Shown piece after piece: positions 8,455 through 15,450 of a DNA stretch of 49,198 bases. A model generated the notes under the pieces. The model was given only the letters and a program-made list of their open reading frames with translations. It was not told where the DNA came from and searched no databases. This DNA is from a virus (Duplodnaviria; Caudoviricetes). Made by a program: the position numbers and the translations under genes. The stretch's first letter is position 1. Every line of letters starts with the position of its first letter. The stretch spans positions 1 through 49,198 of the IMG/VR virus record IMGVR_UViG_3300037755_000083; one strand, given 5' to 3'.

Positions 8455-8478
8455 CATTGTCGCCGAAGGCGTACAATG
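8455..8478. repeat. Bulged hairpin motif, copy 1
   Basis: CATTGT-CGCC-GAA-GGCG-T-ACAATG. Confidence 0.8.
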
Positions 8479-8479
8479 A

Positions 8480-8505
8480 GGAAAGGCCCCCGAAGGGGCC
8501 TCTCC
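8480..8505 (-). terminator. UUCG-loop terminator-like hairpin
   Basis: Minus strand GGAGAGGCCCC-TTCG-GGGGCCTTTCC. Confidence 0.65.
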
Positions 8506-8508
8506 ATG

Positions 8509-8919
8509 TCACCGACGACCGGTGACTTCGCTGCCGCGCAGTTCGCGAGCGTCGCGAACGTCTTCGTCGCGGTGTACGACGTAGCCACCCACTACTCCGA
8601 GGGACGCCCACGTCCAGCCCATTTCAGGTGTGGGTCCGTCCAGACGGACGACCTCGATGGAGTGTGCGTTGCGTACTGTCGCCATGTAGTGGCGGCCGGG
8701 CACGTACTCCGGAATCCACTCCTCCACCTTCACCAGGTTCACCTGGTCGGTATAGATGTTGAAGCCTTTCTTGAACCAGACTGCCGTTCGGCTTCCGTCG
8801 AGGTGGTTGTCCTTCACTGACATGACGAGCCCTCTGTGGTACACGTCAGGGTTCTCGATCGTGACGCGCCGACCCTTCCTCACCTCGTCCCATGATGGGC
8901 CAACAACCTTCCAGCTCAT
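8509..8919 (-). CDS. Hypothetical protein
   Basis: MSWKVVGPSW start, ATGA overlap, GGAGG RBS. Confidence 0.65.
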   Translation of the reverse strand: MSWKVVGPSWDEVRKGRRVTIENPDVYHRGLVMSVKDNHLDGSRTAVWFKKGFNIYTDQVNLVKVEEWIPEYVPGRHYMATVRNAHSIEVVRLDGPTPEMGWTWASLGVVGGYVVHRDEDVRDARELRGSEVTGRR

Positions 8920-9206
8920 GCGTCCTCCATCCTCTCGGCCATCTTCGTGTGATGCTCGATGGCTTCGTGCGCTGATGCGAGCGTGTAGTTCCACGCTTCG
9001 ATCGTGTGGACGATCTGGAACATGTTCCCGCTCTTGATGGCCTGGGACATGTAAGAGTGGAGCTCGACGAAGCGCTCCGCCCACTTCGCGGCGTCGAGGT
9101 TCGCCGAGGAGATGAGCTGGTTGTTCATCGACGCGGCCGCAGCCGCGTTCGCGGAGACGATGGCCGCCATCATCTCGACGCCCTCCTTCGGGAAAGTGTC
9201 GGTCAT
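8916..9206 (-). CDS. Hypothetical protein
   Basis: Overlap-coupled, GGAGG RBS. Confidence 0.65.
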   Translation of the reverse strand: MTDTFPKEGVEMMAAIVSANAAAAASMNNQLISSANLDAAKWAERFVELHSYMSQAIKSGNMFQIVHTIEAWNYTLASAHEAIEHHTKMAERMEDA

Positions 9207-9430
9207 TCGGCCTCCTCCTTCTTCTCGAACACGAACAGCTCGAACTCCTGCTTCTCGCCCTCTTCGGTCTCCAGGGTGATGTGCATCCTGACCGCCATCC
9301 CGAGCGGGCCTCCTGCGCTGGGCGCCTTGGCGCGAGCTGCGACGAATCGCTCGATCTCGTCGTCCCAGTCGCCATCCATCATGCCCGCCAGGTGGTAGGC
9401 GAGATCGTATGGTGTGAGTGCCTTGGTCAT
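9203..9430 (-). CDS. Hypothetical protein
   Basis: AAAGGAGG RBS. Confidence 0.65.
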   Translation of the reverse strand: MTKALTPYDLAYHLAGMMDGDWDDEIERFVAARAKAPSAGGPLGMAVRMHITLETEEGEKQEFELFVFEKKEEAE

Positions 9431-9483
9431 GGGGCCTCCTTTCACGAGGCTAAGGCGACACCCGTGAGGGTGCCGCCTGTCGC

Positions 9484-9666
9484 CTAGCTGCTCTCCGGCT
9501 CGACGCGCATTGTCACGCGGAGTGTGGACGGCTTGCCCAGCTCCTCGTAGAGGGCACCCGGGAGGATCATGTCCACCTTGATGCCGATCCTGGGTGCGCC
9601 TTCCGCGAAGAAGGCGTGATCGCTGTACTCACTTGTGCGATGAACCAGAACTGTCTTCTGCTTCAC
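9484..9666 (-). CDS. Hypothetical protein
   Basis: ORF with GC3-biased codons. Confidence 0.55.
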   Translation of the reverse strand: MKQKTVLVHRTSEYSDHAFFAEGAPRIGIKVDMILPGALYEELGKPSTLRVTMRVEPESS

Positions 9667-9741
9667 GGTCCCTGTCCCTCCTGTCCAGCCACCCTTGTGG
9701 CTCGTCGTGCCCCTCCTCGACGAGGAGGTTCTTCAGCCAGT

Positions 9742-10332
9742 TCATCCGCTCCACCCGCCAGCGACCAGCAGGTCGCGGAGGTTGCTGAGGAGCTCGCCAC
9801 GCGCTTCGTGCTCGCGCTTGTCGATGGAGAGTTCCTCGATCGTGGCGGTCTTGATCCGCACCCAGTCTTGGAGGGTCTCGACGGTGTGCTGCTTGTCCTC
9901 CAACCTCGCCTTCAGGTTGGTGTTGGCGGCGTCAGAGGCGCCGAGCTCGTCCTCCAGTCTGCCGATCTTCCGGTTCTTGTCGTCGACGATGGTGTGGAGC
10001 TTGCCGATCGCCACATCCTTCTGCTGGAGCCGGTTGACGCAGTTCTCGATCTGGGCCTTCAGGCCCGCGATCTCATCCTCGGGCGTGATCTCGTCCGGCA
10101 CCTCGCGCCAGGCGCCGTTCGGCTTCCACTCGTTCGATCGATGGACCCCTTCGCTCAGGTTGATGGTGACGCCGAGGCCGCTAGCGAAGTTGAAGCGGAA
10201 GACCGCTTCGTTGTACGACTTTCCGATGCTGAGAACTTCGCCCTCGATGACAGCCTTCGGGTCCTCGGTCCTCTTGAAGCTTGCCCAGTCACCCTCCTGG
10301 ATGTCACACAAGCTCAGGATTGCCTGCCTCAT
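9742..10332 (-). CDS. Coiled-coil hypothetical protein
   Basis: Heptad-rich C-terminal half; ATGA overlap. Confidence 0.65.
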   Translation of the reverse strand: MRQAILSLCDIQEGDWASFKRTEDPKAVIEGEVLSIGKSYNEAVFRFNFASGLGVTINLSEGVHRSNEWKPNGAWREVPDEITPEDEIAGLKAQIENCVNRLQQKDVAIGKLHTIVDDKNRKIGRLEDELGASDAANTNLKARLEDKQHTVETLQDWVRIKTATIEELSIDKREHEARGELLSNLRDLLVAGGWSG

Positions 10333-10547
10333 CCTTGCACCTCTTCCTCCCACTCGAAGATCACGGCCGCGCCGTGAGTCTTGGTCTCGTTGATGAACTT
10401 GGCTGTCGCATCCCGAGGGATGCCGAGCTCATCCATCTTCCAGGCGACCATCTGGATGTCACCTGCGGATAGGCCACCCGCTGGACGCCAGCCGTCGAAG
10501 ATGAACGTCGCCTTCGTGCGCTCAGACTTCTCTAGGTTGACGCGCAT
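10329..10547 (-). CDS. Hypothetical protein
   Basis: TGATG coupling. Confidence 0.6.
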   Translation of the reverse strand: MRVNLEKSERTKATFIFDGWRPAGGLSAGDIQMVAWKMDELGIPRDATAKFINETKTHGAAVIFEWEEEVQG

Positions 10548-10786
10548 CAGTTACCCCACAGACCACGACGACGTCGCGGGGGCGGCGTCGTGCCCGTCTT
10601 GAACGCCTTCGACTCCTTGATCTCGGGCCTGAAGGGCCAGAGGCCCCGCTCCCGCTTGGACTGACGCTTGCGCTCCGCCACCTGCTTCGCGATCTCGTCG
10701 GCGTTCGCCTGGATCTGCTTGCGCTCCTCCGGCGTGATGCCGTTGGTGCGGTCTTCCTCGTGACTGTTCTTCCACAAGCCGGGCAT
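10547..10786 (-). CDS. Hypothetical basic protein
   Basis: GGAGG RBS. Confidence 0.6.
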   Translation of the reverse strand: MPGLWKNSHEEDRTNGITPEERKQIQANADEIAKQVAERKRQSKRERGLWPFRPEIKESKAFKTGTTPPPRRRRGLWGN

Positions 10787-10787
10787 G

Positions 10788-10901
10788 TTACCCTCCACTC
10801 AGGTAGGACTGTGTGACGATGTGAAGGCAAGCGATCCATACAACGAGTGCTAGCAAAAGCCAGCCCCAATGCGGCCCCTTGCCGTCGATCTTGTTGGACA
10901 T
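10788..10901 (-). CDS. Small membrane protein (37 aa)
   Basis: WGWLLLALVVWIACLHIV segment. Confidence 0.45.
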   Translation of the reverse strand: MSNKIDGKGPHWGWLLLALVVWIACLHIVTQSYLSGG

Positions 10902-10913
10902 GATGTACCCCCT

Positions 10914-10941
10914 GAAGGGAGGGGCCGAAGCCCCTCCCTTC
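10914..10941 (-). terminator. UUCG-loop terminator-like hairpin
   Basis: Minus strand GAAGGGAGGGGC-TTCG-GCCCCTCCCTTC. Confidence 0.7.
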
Positions 10942-10944
10942 CGG

Positions 10945-11085
10945 TCAGTAGGTCAGCGACCCGTCGCCGATGCCGGTGGCGAGCTGGTCCCAGCCGTTCG
11001 CGTCCGCCTTCTTCAGCTCCAGGATCTCCTTGTTCGCGAGACCGCCGAAGAACTCCTTGACCTGCGCGATGGTGGCCTTGGCCAT
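10945..11085 (-). CDS. Small actinophage-type protein (MAKATIAQVKEFFG...GSLTY)
   Basis: GAGGT RBS; followed by terminator. Confidence 0.7.
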   Translation of the reverse strand: MAKATIAQVKEFFGGLANKEILELKKADANGWDQLATGIGDGSLTY

Positions 11086-11123
11086 GATGCTACCTCTTCC
11101 TCTGTCGAGTTGGACTACATTTC

Positions 11124-11149
11124 CATCATCCGCCGAAGGCGTGATGATG
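11124..11149. repeat. Bulged hairpin motif, copy 2
   Basis: CATCATC-CGCC-GAA-GGCG-T-GATGATG. Confidence 0.8.
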
Positions 11150-11162
11150 TGGTCTATCAGAA

Positions 11163-11303
11163 CTAGACGATGCCCGCGCCGATGAACACGCCGACGATCG
11201 TGCACGCCAGCGTGCCAACGATGCGAATGGTCCACACCAGGGGGGCGGGGCTCTTGCGCTGCTCAGCGGCAGCCTCCTCCAGGAAGTTCTCGTTACAGCA
11301 CAT
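11163..11303 (-). CDS. Small membrane protein (46 aa)
   Basis: AAAGAGG RBS; C-terminal hydrophobic helix. Confidence 0.5.
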   Translation of the reverse strand: MCCNENFLEEAAAEQRKSPAPLVWTIRIVGTLACTIVGVFIGAGIV

Positions 11304-11404
11304 GATGCCTCTTTCCGGTCGGCTTGAACACGGTAGAGCTTGTCACCCTGCTTCAACGGCCGAAGGCCGGGCGGGCGCGAAGCGCCTCGCCCGACCATTC
11401 AGCG

Positions 11405-11593
11405 TTATGGTCCCGTTCGATCGATCAGATTGTATCCAGCCCACATGGCGAAGATGATGTCTTCGGTCGTGAGCTCATCCATCGGCGTTGAGGCGCCGAT
11501 GATGCAGTCCGTGCACCCACACCCTTCCGGGTCGACGACGAACGAGCTAACCGGGAAGCCCGCCTCCAGCATGGCGCTTCGCGATCTGGTCAC
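11405..11593 (-). CDS. Hypothetical protein (GCGCTDC motif)
   Basis: GTGA overlap. Confidence 0.55.
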   Translation of the reverse strand: MTRSRSAMLEAGFPVSSFVVDPEGCGCTDCIIGASTPMDELTTEDIIFAMWAGYNLIDRTGP

Positions 11594-11736
11594 TTCTCCC
11601 TCTTCTTCTTCTCCATGAACAGGAGGATTCTGAGCGGCCACTTGACGACGATCTCGATGGCCAGCCACCAGAAGAACAGGTGTGGGATCAGCTCGTCCAG
11701 CTTCTCGACTGAAGTGCTGTACCACTCCTCCATCAC
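11590..11736 (-). CDS. Small membrane protein (48 aa)
   Basis: GTGA overlaps at both ends; LFFWWLAIEIVV. Confidence 0.5.
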   Translation of the reverse strand: MMEEWYSTSVEKLDELIPHLFFWWLAIEIVVKWPLRILLFMEKKKREK

Positions 11737-11990
11737 TCATCTCCCAGCCAGATCGAGGTGCCGTTCTCGTCGTTCGGGCGACCCTCACGGTAGCACGGGT
11801 ACACCGTGCTGTAGTCGTCCGCCGTACAGGCGGGGACGTAGTTGATGTTGATGACCGCTGCTGTTCGCTCTCGCATTGCCGTGGCCGTTCCCCACACCAG
11901 GATGAAGATCAGGAACACGGCTGCGATCCCGGCGATGATCAGGTCCGCCCACTCGTTCAGCGCCTTCAGCGCCTTGCGCAGCTTCTTCAT
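11733..11990 (-). CDS. Membrane protein
   Basis: One TM helix; GGAGG RBS. Confidence 0.65.
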   Translation of the reverse strand: MKKLRKALKALNEWADLIIAGIAAVFLIFILVWGTATAMRERTAAVININYVPACTADDYSTVYPCYREGRPNDENGTSIWLGDE

Positions 11991-12403
11991 GACGCCTCCT
12001 TCCCGGCGTCACGGATGAGCAGCCAGCCCTCTGGCCACTTGTCCGGGCTTGCCTCGTTGCCGGTGTCCGTCCAGAACCAGCCCTTATCGCTGATGAGGAC
12101 GACCTCGGCAGTCTCCCAGGAGCTGTCGGGCTTGACGATGCTGCCGGGTGTCTCCGGCAGCGGCTTGGGGGGCTTCGGGGCAGGGAACACGTCCAGCAGC
12201 TCGAACTTCGCGACACCCAGCCCGAAGGCATTCGATCCGGAACCTTCCTTCCGAATGGGCCAGCCCAGGATGAACGTCCAGGGGGCCAGGTAGGGCTCCG
12301 GGCGGTACACCGTCGCCTTCACCACGTCGCCCGACCAGATGTGCTTCACGTTGACGAGGTCACCGACCTCCAGGCCGGCCCACCGCTTGTCGATCTCGCT
12401 CAT
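11987..12403 (-). CDS. Hypothetical protein
   Basis: MSEIDKRW start, ATGA overlap. Confidence 0.65.
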   Translation of the reverse strand: MSEIDKRWAGLEVGDLVNVKHIWSGDVVKATVYRPEPYLAPWTFILGWPIRKEGSGSNAFGLGVAKFELLDVFPAPKPPKPLPETPGSIVKPDSSWETAEVVLISDKGWFWTDTGNEASPDKWPEGWLLIRDAGKEAS

Positions 12404-12567
12404 GCTTCCTCCTTCTCCAGCTTGGCAACCAGCTCGGCGTACAGCCCGGCCGCCCGGTCGTTGTTGATCTTGGCCTCGCGCTCCATCCGACGCGCCAGCT
12501 TCAGCGCGCCGTCCGACTCGATGAAGCGAGTGCGAGCCATCTCCACCTGACGCTCCAGATGCTTCAT
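12400..12567 (-). CDS. Hypothetical 55-aa protein
   Basis: ATGA overlaps at both ends. Confidence 0.55.
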   Translation of the reverse strand: MKHLERQVEMARTRFIESDGALKLARRMEREAKINNDRAAGLYAELVAKLEKEEA

Positions 12568-13118
12568 GCTGCATCCTCCACGTTCTCGTCGGACGGGATC
12601 ACGCCGTCATCCGGCGTGGCCTTGGTGGTGTACGGGTCCGCCTTCTTCCCGCCGATCACCACGTGATCAACCGGGATGCTGAGGCGTCGAGCCTCAGACA
12701 TCGTGTGACCGGTGCCACTGGTCACGACGGGCGGTGTGAACGCCAGCACCACGTCGACGCCAGACTTCAGCATCTGGTGGTTGCGCCGAAGAGGCGCACG
12801 TCGGTTCCACGCACGGACGATCTCGTCCGGGTCATCCATGTCCGTCACGTTCTCAAGGAACGCTGTGTCGATGAACGCCGGGATGTGCACCTCGGTGCGA
12901 ATGCCAAGCTCGCGCGCAACCCGCTCGGCAATGCTGTCCACGCCCTTCGCGCCACCGTGTACGATGGTAATGCCTGACTTCGGCCAGCCCGCCTTGGCGA
13001 GGCGCTCCAGTCGAGCCACTACGTTCGACTCGATCTGGACCTTCAGGTGATCCCGAGTGATCCCTAGGAACTCGCGTGATCCACACACGAGAATGCGGAA
13101 CTCCTTCTTGTCGGTCAT
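12564..13118 (-). CDS. SLOG-family protein (YspA/DUF2493-like)
   Basis: ILVCGSR, IVHGGAKGVD, APLRRNHQM, VLAF, SGTGHT. Confidence 0.85.
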   Translation of the reverse strand: MTDKKEFRILVCGSREFLGITRDHLKVQIESNVVARLERLAKAGWPKSGITIVHGGAKGVDSIAERVARELGIRTEVHIPAFIDTAFLENVTDMDDPDEIVRAWNRRAPLRRNHQMLKSGVDVVLAFTPPVVTSGTGHTMSEARRLSIPVDHVVIGGKKADPYTTKATPDDGVIPSDENVEDAA

Positions 13119-13140
13119 GATCGACCTCCTCTCGTCTCGT

Positions 13141-13162
13141 CCATCCGCCGAAGGCGTGATGG
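13141..13162. repeat. Bulged hairpin motif, copy 3
   Basis: CCATC-CGCC-GAA-GGCG-T-GATGG. Confidence 0.8.
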
Positions 13163-13339
13163 CTAGTCGTCCACCTCGATCTGTGCGTGGATCATCGTCA
13201 CGTCGAGCACCGTCGTGTCCACGATCACCTTGGCCCCACCCAACCTCCGGTCCATCTCCCAGATGCCCTGGAGTTCGCTGATGACCTCGCTGAGGGGCAT
13301 GAGCCCCTTCTTCTCTACCTTCACAGTGAGCTTCGACAT
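13163..13339 (-). CDS. Hypothetical protein
   Basis: MSKLTVKVEK; flanked by motif copies 3 and 4. Confidence 0.55.
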   Translation of the reverse strand: MSKLTVKVEKKGLMPLSEVISELQGIWEMDRRLGGAKVIVDTTVLDVTMIHAQIEVDD

Positions 13340-13346
13340 GCCCCAT

Positions 13347-13368
13347 CCACGCGCCGAAGGCGTCGTGG
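13347..13368. repeat. Bulged hairpin motif, copy 4
   Basis: CCACG-CGCC-GAA-GGCG-T-CGTGG. Confidence 0.8.
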
Positions 13369-13373
13369 GCAAC

Positions 13374-13411
13374 AAGAGAGGGGAGGGGCCCGAAGGCCCC
13401 TCCCCTCTCTT
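13374..13411 (-). terminator. UUCG-loop terminator-like hairpin
   Basis: 17-bp perfect stem AAGAGAGGGGAGGGGCC-TTCG-GGCCCCTCCCCTCTCTT. Confidence 0.75.
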
Positions 13412-14030
13412 ACCGCCTCGCCTCCAGCGCCTCCCTACGAGTCGGACCCCACGGCATGGCCTCCAGCTCCGGCGAGAGCCGCCACCTGATCTGCCTGCCC
13501 TGCTCTGAGGTGACCAGCGGGGCGTCCCACTCACGCTCACGCTCGCTCCAGTCAGCGTCGGCGATCAGCGCCGACGACTCCGCCCTCCACCACTGCCTGC
13601 GGAACCGCGCCTTCGCTGCCATCCGCTTCCAGTGCTCGCGACCCACCTGCTTCACCTCGACCGGCGTGCGACGCCTCCGCGTCGAGCGCACCTTCCCCGC
13701 CATGATGCGGTTCATGTGCCCGTCCCAGAGCGCGTTCACGCGCGAGACCTCGACAGCGTGCTCCTCCTTCATCCCGCTGCGCTCCCACCCGCACGTGCAG
13801 CGAAGGTAGTACAGGACGCGCACGACGGTGCGCATCCCCCACTCGTCTTCGACGAGCTCCCCACCGACCTCGACGACGGCTCGCTTCACGAGCCTGTGGT
13901 CCTCCCTCGGGTCGGCCCAGCCCGACCCGTACATCATGTCCTGCTGCTCCCGCCACTCAGTGGCGGACTTCGCTGCGCGTCGCTTCAGCGATGCGAGATC
14001 GTTCTTGCGAGCCATGGCGAGCTGGTTCAT
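13410..14030 (-). CDS. Hypothetical Arg/Trp-rich protein, first gene of the leftward operon
   Basis: AAGGAG RBS; CTCGW...H motif. Confidence 0.65.
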   Translation of the reverse strand: MNQLAMARKNDLASLKRRAAKSATEWREQQDMMYGSGWADPREDHRLVKRAVVEVGGELVEDEWGMRTVVRVLYYLRCTCGWERSGMKEEHAVEVSRVNALWDGHMNRIMAGKVRSTRRRRTPVEVKQVGREHWKRMAAKARFRRQWWRAESSALIADADWSEREREWDAPLVTSEQGRQIRWRLSPELEAMPWGPTRREALEARR

Positions 14031-14067
14031 GTCTGAACTCCTTCGACCAGGCGCCCCTCGCGGGCGC

Positions 14068-14097
14068 ACACTCCCACCTTCAGATCACGCCTGTCAA
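14068..14097 (-). promoter_or_regulatory. Probable early promoter TTGACA-18-GAGTGT
   Basis: Consensus -35, weak TG-extended -10. Confidence 0.45.
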
Positions 14098-14157
14098 GGG
14101 TGGCCGAAGGCCATCGCGCAGCGACGCGCAGCGCCCTTTACTGGTGTGATACCCGAA

Positions 14158-14415
14158 GCGACCATCGGGAGCTGAGGAGTGGGAAGAGTGTGTGTAGAGT
14201 ACCCAGCCCAGCGGGCTGGCCTTAACCATCCGCCTAGAGGTGTACCTACAGCACCATGCAGGCGCCCAGCGGCGCCAGCTAGCGTGGCAGCGACGAAGGA
14301 GCAGAGGGGATAGTCCCCACCTGTGGCTCTTCTGAGCCCCAGTCTCACTGCGTGCGACGCAGTATCACGTCCTGAGCGCCCCTTAGGGCGCGATATCACT
14401 GCGACCATCGGGAGC
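14158..14415 (+). repeat. Direct repeat GCGACCATCGGGAGC at 14158-14172 and 14401-14415
   Basis: Exact 15-mer twice, 243 bp apart, with similar upstream flanks. Confidence 0.8.
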
Positions 14416-15092
14416 AGGGATGACTACCGCCGCCCTCCAGGGGGGTAGAGCGCCCCCAGGGCGCTCGCGGGGGGCGAAGCCCCCCATAGGCACGCGTCAG
14501 CGTGCGAGAGGAGCATGCCCGAAGGGCATCCCGCTGCGTCAGCAGCGTCTTGAAACTGACGGGGGGTTGTTAAACCACCCGGAGTCCCTATGTGGGAGAC
14601 TGTCTTCGACGGTAACGGGGTGGGGTGGAACGGGCGGCCTACAGGGCCGCCTTCGTGGGAGGGGTATAGCGCCGAGGAAGTCCTCGGCGCTACGGAGGTG
14701 AGGTTCGCCGAGGAACGAGGCGCGCTCCCTGGGGGTCGCGCCCCTTCTGCGCGTCTTCGACGCGGACAGAGTTCCGCCCCCCGGGGGCTCAACGGCATTT
14801 TTCGTGAGACCGTACGCGCGTTTCAGTCGCGTCCCTTATCGGTTGAGCGGTTTCGGTGACCTCACGAATCGACCATGCCCAGTGCTTCGGCCGTGTACGT
14901 CGGGGCCTCCGGGCATGGCGAGGAGTTCCCCCTCTGACGGGATCACCACGGCCCCTCTCCAGGTAAACCGTGCCCCAGGTTCTTTGGTTAGGACGCTTCT
15001 GGGTTGTCCGGCAGCTCTAGGCTGCGGCAGCTTCTCACCGCCAGTTCGCTCCCCATCTCAGGGTCGCGCTATGAAGTTGTACTGCGTACAAC

Positions 15093-15374
15093 CTAGTCTA
15101 GCGCGTGGATATTCCCAGGGACGCGCAGGTGGAAGATGTGCTCTCCTCGGCGCCTGCTGCGTTCGAGGCGCAGCAGGTTGCGCTTCTGGAGGAGGTTGAT
15201 GGTGGCGTCAACGAGCTTCGTTTCGACGCCCGTCGCATCGGCGAGTTCGCTCCGGGTGGCGCGATGGCTGAGCGCGATGGTGGAGGCGACGCCGAGCATG
15301 GTCTTGGGGACGCGGGCCTCGACGACGCCTCGCAGCCAGGGCTCGATGATGTTGGTGTTGGTTCGATCATGCAT
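15093..15374 (-). CDS. Winged-helix DNA-binding protein
   Basis: ATRSELADATGVETKLVDATINLLQKRNLLRLER; divergent from terminase. Confidence 0.65.
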   Translation of the reverse strand: MHDRTNTNIIEPWLRGVVEARVPKTMLGVASTIALSHRATRSELADATGVETKLVDATINLLQKRNLLRLERSRRRGEHIFHLRVPGNIHALD

Positions 15375-15450
15375 ATCTGTAGAACACTCTGGAGGGCTCG
15401 GATCATCCCCCAGGAATACGTCTATCCCACTTCAGCGTTGACCCTCCACG

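Noticed and set aside
14094-15199. ORFs listed in the 14.1-15.1 kb gap
   Set aside because: Arg/Gly/Pro-rich translations without RBS or codon bias; treated as non-coding
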